Assembly (NCBI GenBank): GCA_049472335.1
Contig: JBLIRO010000066.1
Coordinates: 1-28,056, forward strand
Direction of reading: 5' to 3'
DNA from: a bacterium
Lineage (GTDB): Bacteria; SZUA-182; DTGQ01; JAFGSM01
Length of the DNA: 28,056 bases
Both the position numbers and the translations under genes were made by a program. Shown piece after piece: positions 7,588 to 16,800 of this stretch. The notes under the pieces are model-generated. The model worked only from the letters and a program-made list of their open reading frames with translations. It was not told where the DNA came from and did not search any database. Each line of letters starts with the position of its first letter. Positions within the stretch are counted from its first letter, which is position 1.

Positions 7588-9564
7588 TTAGTTTACTGTA
7601 ACATACAACCTTACAAGACCCGTGTCCGATTCGAGTGAACTAAGGGCTTTGCCCAAGACTGTTCCCGCCTTAGGATCGTCTGGTGCCTTCATGGCGTGTC
7701 CTGGCGTGCTAGATGTTACCAGGAGATCTCCTGGCTTAATAGGTCCGTTTTCGTTAGACACCTTGCAAGGGACTATGCCCAGCACAGCTAATGGCACTTT
7801 TCCTGTTGGGTCATCATCGTCGCTGTATCCACCAATGAAACCAGGGCTAGTAGAGTAGACACCCACAACATTAGTGGCACTTGGCTCGCTGCTACGAATC
7901 AGTTTTCCTTCGAGATCAACCACCAAGACATCACCTGGCTCAAGTCCCGGGGCAGCGGGTAACATCTCGGCCAAGTCGGCACCACCAGAGTTGAAGGAAC
8001 CATCGGCATACACCTGTCCAGAGTTGCTTACATAGAATCTTCGGTTATAGGGATCTCTATCATAAGCTTCAAGGGGATTGCCGGACGTACTCCTTGCTAT
8101 TACTCCGGCACCGCTGCCGCCATCGCCAAGCACACCGCACCCACTACCGGTGTTCTCTCCCAATACACCAGGTGAAGTTAATGATGAGTGGGTGTGTTTA
8201 CCCCAAACTCCCATACCCTCTGTACTTTCTCCGTAGACACCGGCGTGATAGTGGCTGTTTGAGACGCCTGCTACACCATAACCTCCATTAGAGGCGCCAC
8301 CAACGCCTATCTTAGCATTAGGAAACATGCTTGCAATGCTACCCGTATAACCAAGCGCTGGTGTCAATCCCATAACACCAAAAACCCTATATGAGCCAGG
8401 ATCTCCATTGGTCGCCCCTGAAATGCCTGCGGGATAATTTCCACTTGTACCATTGGATGTATTGATCATATCGATTAAACCTCCGTTAAGATCACTACCG
8501 CTATAGTATAGAGAAAAGTTAATCTCATCTACGCCTACAGCGTTGGACGCAATCTCGCTTGAACCCACAGCGTTGGACGCAATCTCACTTGCACCTACGG
8601 CGTTAGTAGCAATCTCGCTTGAACCTACAGAGTTGCTGGCAAGGTCTGCTGCAGTGATTGTGGAGTCTACTATCATACTGGATGTAATAGAGTTAGCTTG
8701 TGCCTCATTCACAAATCGTGCATCTAATTGTGAGCGTGTGAGCAGATCTGAACTTGAGTTGTTATTAAGATATCCCTCAGCACTCAGGTCACTGTAAGCG
8801 GAAAAGAGAGTATTGCTCAGAATTCCGGAAGTTATTTGAGTTGCACTGTGATTGTGTGTGGATGAAGCAAAAGCTGATGCATGTTGACCATCCAGCAAAT
8901 CCGCATTTAGACCGGAACCCGGACCGTCATCATCACTGATCTCAGACAAGGCTGTTCCATCCTTCAGATCCCCGGCTGTAATAGATCCGTCTACAATCTT
9001 ACCGGAGTTGACAGAGTTGGTACAAAGATCTTCCGAAGTGATTGTATTATTCACAATCATTGTAGATGTAATAGAATTGGCCTGTCCTTCGTTAACATAT
9101 CGTGAATCATGAGTATGGGTAGCGCTTGCAAATTCTCCTGAATCCATCCCATTTAAGGTGTCTGAATTAGCAGCCCTCATAGAATACGCAGTTGATGTAA
9201 GCTGCTGGCGAGGAGAGAGGGTTTCATACAAGCCTGAGCCGGGATTTTCGATTTCTATTTCGAGGTAAAGATTATCATTATCAAAAAGGTTCGGAGGAAA
9301 GCTTGTTATACTTCCTAGATTTACACTTACAATACCATCCACAACATTTATATTATTTTGTTGCTCACTCCACATGCTAGTCCCTACACTTGCCGCATTA
9401 TAAAGAGTAAAGCGTATATTATAAAATCCGTCCAATGGTTCTCCGTTTGCATCAGTCAGGTTCCCCTGGTAATTAATAAGTCCCGGCACTGCCAAGGCTG
9501 AAGAACTCATTAAAATTACTATTAAAAATGTTATTACTATTGAAAGATAAAATCCTTTTTTCAT
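7588..9564 (-). CDS. secreted tail-fibre-like (probably trimeric) protein with a C-terminal peptidase G2-like intramolecular chaperone
   Basis: Signal peptide (..SSALA); N-domain INYQGNLTDANGEP...LSPRQQLTSTAY; HxH motifs (THTHD, THNHS); 10-aa NAVGSSEIAS repeats; Gly-rich GV.G segments; C-terminal ADLAE...PGDVLV...GVYST.PG...VPCKV...IKPGDLLVTS...PGHAMKA. AAGGAGG RBS. Confidence 0.85.
   Translation of the reverse strand: MKKGFYLSIVITFLIVILMSSSALAVPGLINYQGNLTDANGEPLDGFYNIRFTLYNAASVGTSMWSEQQNNINVVDGIVSVNLGSITSFPPNLFDNDNLYLEIEIENPGSGLYETLSPRQQLTSTAYSMRAANSDTLNGMDSGEFASATHTHDSRYVNEGQANSITSTMIVNNTITSEDLCTNSVNSGKIVDGSITAGDLKDGTALSEISDDDGPGSGLNADLLDGQHASAFASSTHNHSATQITSGILSNTLFSAYSDLSAEGYLNNNSSSDLLTRSQLDARFVNEAQANSITSSMIVDSTITAADLASNSVGSSEIATNAVGASEIASNAVGSSEIASNAVGVDEINFSLYYSGSDLNGGLIDMINTSNGTSGNYPAGISGATNGDPGSYRVFGVMGLTPALGYTGSIASMFPNAKIGVGGASNGGYGVAGVSNSHYHAGVYGESTEGMGVWGKHTHSSLTSPGVLGENTGSGCGVLGDGGSGAGVIARSTSGNPLEAYDRDPYNRRFYVSNSGQVYADGSFNSGGADLAEMLPAAPGLEPGDVLVVDLEGKLIRSSEPSATNVVGVYSTSPGFIGGYSDDDDPTGKVPLAVLGIVPCKVSNENGPIKPGDLLVTSSTPGHAMKAPDDPKAGTVLGKALSSLESDTGLVRLYVTVN
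8521..8640 (-). repeat. four 30-bp tandem units encoding A[ST]N[AS]VG[SAV][SD]EI
   Basis: On the + strand, units begin with AATCTC at 8521, 8551, 8581 and 8611. Confidence 0.9.
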
Positions 9565-9618
9565 TTTTATTTCCTCCTTACATATACTTGGATTTACTAT
9601 TAGAGACCTGATGGCATA

Positions 9619-10335
9619 TTACTGAACAGTAATACAAGCGTTAATCCCAATATCTTTAATTAATATCCAATAACCATTACAATGTTCAAGAATTTTTGAG
9701 TCAACCCGTTCGTATCCTCTCCCTTGAATGTATTTGTAGATAACTTTAATATTGCAATTCTCTGAGGAAACTTCTGCATTTGAGATACATCCACCAATAA
9801 TTAGCCATCCTTCCTTATTTATCAAAAGTGTATAGCTATATATAGGCTGACCGGTTAATGTAAATGATTTGGCCTCATTTAACAATATCCAATATCCCTT
9901 TCCGGTTTCCAGGTTCCCTGTAACCCGTATATAACCTACATCCTTATCATAACCATAAATGACCTCTGCACCCGGGAATAATATCGAAGCCAAAGCAATT
10001 TCAGGGTGAACAGGAAGTGATATCAGGCTCCAGCCTGATGGGAGGTTCATTTCAACCGTTTTTATATCTGATCCGTCAATATCGATTGTGTGCCAGAAAC
10101 CAGGCCTGAGAATGTAGCTATCTGAAGCTAGAGGTTCTCTTGGGGGCGTCAAGGGAGATGGTTGTCCGATTGTGGAGGCAAATCGAAAATTTTCTGAGTT
10201 CATCGTATCGCCACCACCAGAAAAGACCGATGTGTTAATGCGATAGCTCTCGCTCCCTATCCCGGCAAAAGCTATTAGGGCAATCCCAGAGATTAAGAGC
10301 AATAGAAAAGCTGTGCAAAGCACCTTATTTTTCAT
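9619..10335 (-). CDS. secreted protein: 'SGGG..S..F...STIGQP...GFW' domain followed by the ~150-aa GW/GYW module
   Basis: Signal peptide (..IAFA); AAGGAG RBS; 54 bp upstream of the fibre gene on the same strand. The C-terminal domain aligns by eye with 22011-22457 and 23245-23709. Confidence 0.88.
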   Translation of the reverse strand: MKNKVLCTAFLLLLISGIALIAFAGIGSESYRINTSVFSGGGDTMNSENFRFASTIGQPSPLTPPREPLASDSYILRPGFWHTIDIDGSDIKTVEMNLPSGWSLISLPVHPEIALASILFPGAEVIYGYDKDVGYIRVTGNLETGKGYWILLNEAKSFTLTGQPIYSYTLLINKEGWLIIGGCISNAEVSSENCNIKVIYKYIQGRGYERVDSKILEHCNGYWILIKDIGINACITVQ

Positions 10336-10821
10336 AGCTGTCTCCTTATTTTATTATGGATCAATAAAAATCAATTATGGCATCCTTCATGATTTTAGGG
10401 TGCTGAATTTCTGATTAATTTAATATGCAATATTTTAAGCTGTATAATCCGAGGGCTGAAAGAATATGTGATTTTGATCGATTATATGAAACAAATTTAA
10501 AGCTTTTGAGAAGGCCATTGAAAAATAGTGTGAAAAAGAAGAAGATATAACTGAGTTACTTTTATAAATAAATCTGATAGACTCTTTTCAGATGCTGTGG
10601 CGAAAGAATTATGGGCTCCTATTTAACATCCCCTGATTTTAATAGTTCCCCTATATATCATGTTTTTAGAATGCTTATTACAAAAAGAATCAATTTTTCA
10701 ATAGACATCACCTCACTCAAAAAAAAGAATATTTAAAGCAGTAATGATTTAATGGATATGTAATAGAAATAAATTAGAAATTAGTTCGTTAAACAATATA
10801 ATACAATATAATTTAATTAAT

Positions 10822-10850
10822 AATCTATCAGTTAGAATTTGTTTTGTCAA
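10822..10850 (-). promoter_or_regulatory. putative sigma70 promoter for the 10335-to-7588 operon
   Basis: Minus strand TTGACA (10850-10845), N17, TAGATT preceded by TGn (extended -10). Confidence 0.4.
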
Positions 10851-10902
10851 TATTTATAAGAATCCCTGTGATAATAATATTTTTTATAATGTAATATTTT
10901 AT

Positions 10903-10931
10903 TTGACATAATTTGATTGTTTTAATATACT
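10903..10931 (+). promoter_or_regulatory. near-consensus sigma70 promoter for the metalloprotease gene pair
   Basis: TTGACA (10903-10908), N17, TATACT (10926-10931). Confidence 0.6.
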
Positions 10932-11136
10932 TTTTTTAAAAAGAGCCGTTTCTTATCATTTAATCCTGATCGGGAATTCCAACTACACAATCCCGCTGAC
11001 GTGGAATATCAAAAATAAATGGAAAATGCCGAAAGGTATTAAAATTATTTGGAAGAATTTTTGATAATCAAGTCTCTACCATGAAAAATAATTTTAAATT
11101 ATCATATACTAATTCATATCAAGAGGAGGAAAAATT

Positions 11137-12810
11137 ATGAAGTCCAGATGTATCTATCTAAAGTATTTATTACTAATATTTGTAATCACCCTTATCTCGT
11201 GCACTCCTCATATTAACTCATTAAATCCCAATAACGGTCCGGAACGAACAATGGTCGAAGTTGATGGTGATAATTTTTTGTCTACAATATACTGGGATGC
11301 GGAAACTCCCAGCGAACAGAAAATCACCGGGGGCTTTCTGGGCTCTTATCTCTTCACTGTGCCACAAGGATCTGCTCAGGGAATCCACCAGGTTCAACTA
11401 CAACGATCGGGAAAACGGAGTAATAAAGCAGCATTCACGGTTACAGCTCCGCTTCCCTTCGGAGCTCCGAGAATAGAAAGGATCAGTCTTCTTTATGCTG
11501 GATTTCAATCCGGAAACCAGGTAAACACCTGGTTATATGTTCAGGGCGCAAATGTGGATGCCGGTGCTGAAGTGCTAATCAATGGTTCTGTTGTTCCGAC
11601 TTCCGCTCATAAAGGCATTCAAAATGAGTTATTCGGCGTTAATCCACAGGATCTCAATTATCCCATCTATCACTACCTTGCACTGCTTGCTGCTCCTGGA
11701 GTGCAGCCGGCAGGGACCGTATTGAATGTACAGATCCGCAATGTTGACGGACAAACTTCCGGAACTGTTCAATACAGGCTTCCGGATAATGCGGCAAGTA
11801 TGGACAGCGATGGCGATGATATTCCAGATGATTGGGAAAAGAATGGCTATGACGCAGATAATGACGGCACCATTGATATCGACCTGGCTGCACTCGGTGC
11901 CGACCCGCTGAGACCCGATATCTTTATTGAAGTGGATGTCATGAACGGTCTTACTAATACACCGGGAAACGCAACATGGAATGCGGTGCGCGCCGGATTT
12001 GATAATGCACCAATAATCAATCCGACATCTGATAATGGAATTAACCTGGTACTGGATGCTACAGGAACAGTCCCCTACTTTCAACGAATCTCCCTGACAG
12101 CAGCACATGATCCGACAAATGGTCTGGCAAATTTTTATACCCTAAAAACAAATAACTTCAATAATGCAGTTAGGGGCAGGATTTATCATTACTGTATCTG
12201 GGGAAATGCTCAACCCGGAGGATACAGCGGAATCAGTGACGTGAAAATGAATGCAGCCGGAACAGATTTTGCGGAACCCGGTGATGACTTCATTGTGAGT
12301 TTCGACGATTTCTCAGCATCCTGTCAAAGTGTCCGCAGTATGGCAGCGACATTTATGCATGAGTTAGGCCACAACCTGCAGCAGCGACATGGCGGCGTCA
12401 ATCATGCCCGGTATAATCCTACTTACAATAGCGTAATGAGCTATTCATGGCAACTTCGTACCGGACTGACTAACGCTACCCGTATATCGAGACCTATTTA
12501 CGCACCATATTACTATCAACTCAATAACGCGGTTGAGAATAACGGTGCTATTCCCGCCGGAGTGGTTAGTGTCCTGCCGGACTATTCAGAGGGTATGGGC
12601 CGTAACCTGATTGAGAACAATCTGAACGAAACTGTCGGTTTATATAATAACAATAGGGTTGATTGGAACCAGGACGGCGACACCCAGGATACAGGGATTT
12701 CGCGGGATCTGACAGAAGACGGCGATACAAATGACACTGCCATAGATTTTCCCAACTGGATAAACCTGGTATTTAGCGGTCCTCGCCAAAATGGGGAATA
12801 TGGCAACTAA
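11137..12810 (+). CDS. lipoprotein, metzincin-like zinc metallopeptidase with N-terminal IPT/TIG-like domains and Ca-binding DxDxDG motifs
   Basis: Lipobox LISC; PHINSLNPNNGP IPT-like start; DSDGDDIPDDWE and DADNDG motifs; HELGHNLQQRH zinc motif with SVMSY Met-turn; C-terminal DWNQDGD and DLTEDGD; GAGGAGG RBS. Confidence 0.88.
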   Translation: MKSRCIYLKYLLLIFVITLISCTPHINSLNPNNGPERTMVEVDGDNFLSTIYWDAETPSEQKITGGFLGSYLFTVPQGSAQGIHQVQLQRSGKRSNKAAFTVTAPLPFGAPRIERISLLYAGFQSGNQVNTWLYVQGANVDAGAEVLINGSVVPTSAHKGIQNELFGVNPQDLNYPIYHYLALLAAPGVQPAGTVLNVQIRNVDGQTSGTVQYRLPDNAASMDSDGDDIPDDWEKNGYDADNDGTIDIDLAALGADPLRPDIFIEVDVMNGLTNTPGNATWNAVRAGFDNAPIINPTSDNGINLVLDATGTVPYFQRISLTAAHDPTNGLANFYTLKTNNFNNAVRGRIYHYCIWGNAQPGGYSGISDVKMNAAGTDFAEPGDDFIVSFDDFSASCQSVRSMAATFMHELGHNLQQRHGGVNHARYNPTYNSVMSYSWQLRTGLTNATRISRPIYAPYYYQLNNAVENNGAIPAGVVSVLPDYSEGMGRNLIENNLNETVGLYNNNRVDWNQDGDTQDTGISRDLTEDGDTNDTAIDFPNWINLVFSGPRQNGEYGN

Positions 12811-12918
12811 AAGATTATTATACGATATCAAAAACCTCATCTTATGTTTATACAGTTTATGATAAAGATTCAACAAAGGTTGATTAAGAAATGTTTTTAG
12901 TATAACAGGAGGCAAAAA

Positions 12919-13776
12919 ATGAGTCATAAAAATAAAAATCTATACATGATCAATTTAAGATGGTTAGTTATACCAATTTTAGTTGCTTTATTTTGCACAA
13001 TTAGCTGTTCTTCCGTGCACAAGGAGCAGAAACATAAAACAATAGATAATGTTATGAGCGGAATTTTGGACCCAGTGATGAAAAAGCGCTGGGAAGATGC
13101 TGAAAGCAAAGGAGATCTACCCCCCTTGCATGTTATTCCAACACCTGAGGTTAGAGTTGCCCAACGAAAACCAACAATCATCAAGGAACCTCAAATTGAG
13201 AAACGACGTCCCATAATCCCTAAAGAGACCATTGCTGATGTTCAAATGTTTTCAAAAAAGCCGATCGAGTCCTACAAAGGTTCTTTTCGAATTACCAAAC
13301 ATCAGCCAGGTGTACTTTCCGGAATGTTGGAGCAGCAGGAAGAAGAATTCGAGCTTTTATATAAAATACCTGCTGAGCGAAACATGATTTCTGTATCCTC
13401 GGGGGCAATGTTGCAACTAAAACTAATGGACCGGGTGGAAGATAGCGCATTACAGCGTAATGTGATTTTATATACAGATAATGGAACAGCACCCCTGGTA
13501 TATATTGCAGAAGGAAGTTATAAACCCCTTTATAAAAGATTTGATGAGCTTAATCTAATTATTGAGCAGGAGAAAGGAGAAGGTAATCCATTAGTTAAAG
13601 TAACTTTTGCAGGAGATACCTTAACTCTAAAACAAAATGAGCGTAAGAAACTTGGTGCAGGCAAAAAAGCGGTCTATGTTCATTTGCTTGAGAGTATTGC
13701 AGTCAATACCAGTAAAGCTATGTTACAGGAAGGACAGCCTTTTTACGTCAGCATACTCTTGTTCCGTCCAGAGTGA
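12919..13776 (+). CDS. hypothetical lipoprotein, likely co-transcribed with the metallopeptidase
   Basis: 285-aa ORF; AGGAGG RBS; hydrophobic N-terminal segment ending TISC; 108 bp downstream of the peptidase gene. Confidence 0.8.
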   Translation: MSHKNKNLYMINLRWLVIPILVALFCTISCSSVHKEQKHKTIDNVMSGILDPVMKKRWEDAESKGDLPPLHVIPTPEVRVAQRKPTIIKEPQIEKRRPIIPKETIADVQMFSKKPIESYKGSFRITKHQPGVLSGMLEQQEEEFELLYKIPAERNMISVSSGAMLQLKLMDRVEDSALQRNVILYTDNGTAPLVYIAEGSYKPLYKRFDELNLIIEQEKGEGNPLVKVTFAGDTLTLKQNERKKLGAGKKAVYVHLLESIAVNTSKAMLQEGQPFYVSILLFRPE

Positions 13777-13885
13777 TACATTTTAACTATTAGTAAATTT
13801 TTACATCTTAATAATAAATTTTAGTCTTGCCATGATTAAGATAAATTTTTAGTCAGATGAAATTTTGACAAGGCACAGCATTTAT

Positions 13886-16800
13886 TTAAAGACCTCTTCT
13901 ACGTCTGATTATACTAATAAGCAGCTTAATAAGCCACCAGCCAAAAAGAACCGTATAATATAGAATGGCAAACATACCGGCAAGGAAGATGATATGATAA
14001 TTCCGGTAACGGCCCCTCGAGGTGATAATAAAGAAAATGCATCCAAGTACGAAAATAATTGCCCCCAGGCTTAGAAGTATACCCCTCAGCCATCCCTTTT
14101 TCTTTGGTTGGACTCTCGTCTCCGGAGGAGGCGTCTCATGAGAAGGTATCTCGGGAGGAGGTGTCTCCTGTGTAGTTGTCTTTGGCGGCACCTCTTTCTT
14201 AGGGATTGAAGGTTTTTCATCCTTTGTTAAACCTGTAAACCAATAGGCCCTTTGATGTATGACGACACACAGTCCTGCCAAAAGGATAAAAAATGCCAGA
14301 AGGAAATGGCAGGTAAAAAAAGCCGCAATAACAAATCCGGCCAGGATAAGCGGGGTAAGTGCAGAGTTAAACATTTTGCCTGTCATAAGCCTTAATTTGG
14401 TGAAGCCGTTCCCGATATAATGAGAGGCCCTTTGTAAATGTTTACCAAGGCCGTACAATCTTTTTCGCAAAGCAAACAATATGCATACTATGACTAAAAG
14501 GATGAACCAGCCTATGACGCTCATTATCCACTCCCTTGTATAGACCATGTTAATGACCAATGGCTCCTGACGAACCACGGTTTTCGCGAAACGATACAAC
14601 TGTCCTGATACAGGTATGGAGATGGGAATGGACATGACTGCGGTATCATAGCCGGAAACAATCCTTTCAGAATCCGTAGACACCGGGGTCGTGGGCTTCT
14701 GTGGTTCAGGTATCTTTTCCGGCCGGGGGACGAAGCCCTTCTCTATCGCCTGCTGTCTCATCATGTCTTTTTTGTATAATTTAAATTTCTGAAAACCGGC
14801 CTTCTCTTCTTCCTCTAAAGACCATTCCTTTTTATCTTCCCCTCCGACCGCTCGCCCCTCTTCATCGAAAAATTCCGCAGGCTGTTCTACCGTACCTTCC
14901 GGCATCACAGAATACAATCTATGGGAACGTTTAAAGGCCGGATAAGAACATCCCATGATAGGACGTATCCCCCTGGCCAGCCGTTCCTTCTCCAGTGTTC
15001 CGCTGAAATAAAGAAAGTCATAATCCTTTGGCAGGTAAAGGGACCATAGGATCTTACTCACCATGATCTCTGTCACACCGGGGAGCGAAACGGATCTTTG
15101 CCCGTAAGTTGTAAAAGGGCCTGTTTTCTGGTAATAGACGATCTCGACCTTGAAGGGCCTGAGCCTCTGCCCTTCTTCAGTGGAGCGAATGAGGGGAATA
15201 TATAACAGGTCTTTTTCCCGGACAGGTTCTGAAGGTTTGTCACCCACAAATACGCTCCACAATTCCGCATCTTCAGGCAACCTGATCTTCAGAAACTGCT
15301 TCAACTGATTTCTAACCTCATAAATGATCCGGTGCACTATCTTCCCATCCCCTGTAAAAAAACTAACGGCATTGGCAGCATCAATCACAGCCATGGTTAC
15401 CGGGACCTTCGGATGGCGCCGGATATCCAATTCCAGATTATATGGATGTTTGAGGTATTTGAAGCCAAAGATAAGGGGTTTTAAAGATCTTTCGAATAAA
15501 TTTTTGGGCAGTTTCTGAACGGCAATTTTCTCCAAACCTTCATGTTTGACGATGTTCACCTCTGCGCTGCTTTTTAGCTCCAAGCCCAGATAACCGATGT
15601 CTTTCACAGCATCCAAAACCTGCAGTGTTGAAAATGAAAACCGGTTTGTGGCCTCAAGCAGTGTTTTTTCATATTCTATGGTCAATCCCAAAATGCCTTT
15701 ATATTCATAATCCAGGCTGATATGAAGGACCCTCTGGCTGTCCTCCCTTCGCTCTCTCCACTCCCCTACTCCCTGACCACTGACCGACAAGACGTTAAAT
15801 CCTTCGGGTATCAGCAGCTCTAATTCATCAATACCCGCATGCAGTATATTACATTCCATATCCATGCTAACCTTTAAGGCATCATCATCGATGGACACGA
15901 GATTATAGCTCTGTGCATATATCCTGGCCGGGACCTTCCGGACCTCCGGTGCAACCTTTCTGCTGTACCATTGAATTGTGAGGTTGCTTACCGGCGGGAA
16001 GATTGCTGAAATGCGGGTTGATGCTTCCCTTGTAAGGACGTTTACCTGTTGCGCGTCAGGTACCTTTACCGCAATATCCTCCAGGGGGATATCCAATTCG
16101 AGCAATGTAATGGATGTCTCTAGTACAGGGATAGAGAACTGGTAATTTGCCTCGTTCAGGGATGACTTCTTATAAAATACGGCCTTGACTCGATAGCTGC
16201 CCCGGTCTTTTACAATAAGCTTGTGATACCCCCCATCCGTGATTAATAGCGCGGGTTTGTCATTAATCTCCACCTCTTGCAGGCCCAATTGGGAAGAAAG
16301 AAAGGGGATGAGCTTATATCTCTTTCTATCCAACACCTCCAGGATAAAATCCGCAGTAACGGTCGTCCACTCCTTGCTCATCCTCCCATTATAAACGGCT
16401 TTAGTCAGGCGATAATCTATGGGCACCGGGATTTCATCCTCGGGAAGGATCATTTCTCCCAAAAGGTTGTCGAACTGTTCACGGCTTAACAGGACATTCC
16501 CGTTTTGTATCGTGTAAACAGGTCTTGCAACTTTAGCGGTTTGATTGACAATCTTCTGAAATTCGTCCCAGGATAGACTTATCTCATCCTTATCCAGGGC
16601 TATTTGCCTTTTAAATTCATTCCAATCCAGGGTGACCCTGGATTCCTGATGTTGAGCGTTATCCTGACTATAGGCCGAAGGGATCTGCATCCGGAGCATG
16701 AAAGCTGAAAAAACAAGCAGAAGGATTATGAGGGATTTCAGATTCACCTTTGACCTGGACCTCTTTATCCTTTTATCCAGATGAATCATAGCTGTTATCC

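Noticed and set aside
7588..9564. Prophage or tailocin inferred from the tail-fibre-like gene
   Set aside because: The protein has a Sec signal peptide, and there are no capsid, sheath, baseplate, lysis or integrase genes in the window.
9622..10065. GW/GYW module as a T9SS C-terminal domain or dockerin
   Set aside because: It lacks the YPNP-type and DxNxDG duplicated motifs, is about 150 aa long, and also occurs N-terminally.
10971..11040. Hammerhead ribozyme or preQ1-I riboswitch
   Set aside because: CTGACGT lacks the final A of CUGANGA and the required stems are absent. The preQ1-like loop (TTCCAACTACAC) lacks an adjacent A-rich tail, and the downstream gene is unrelated to queuosine.
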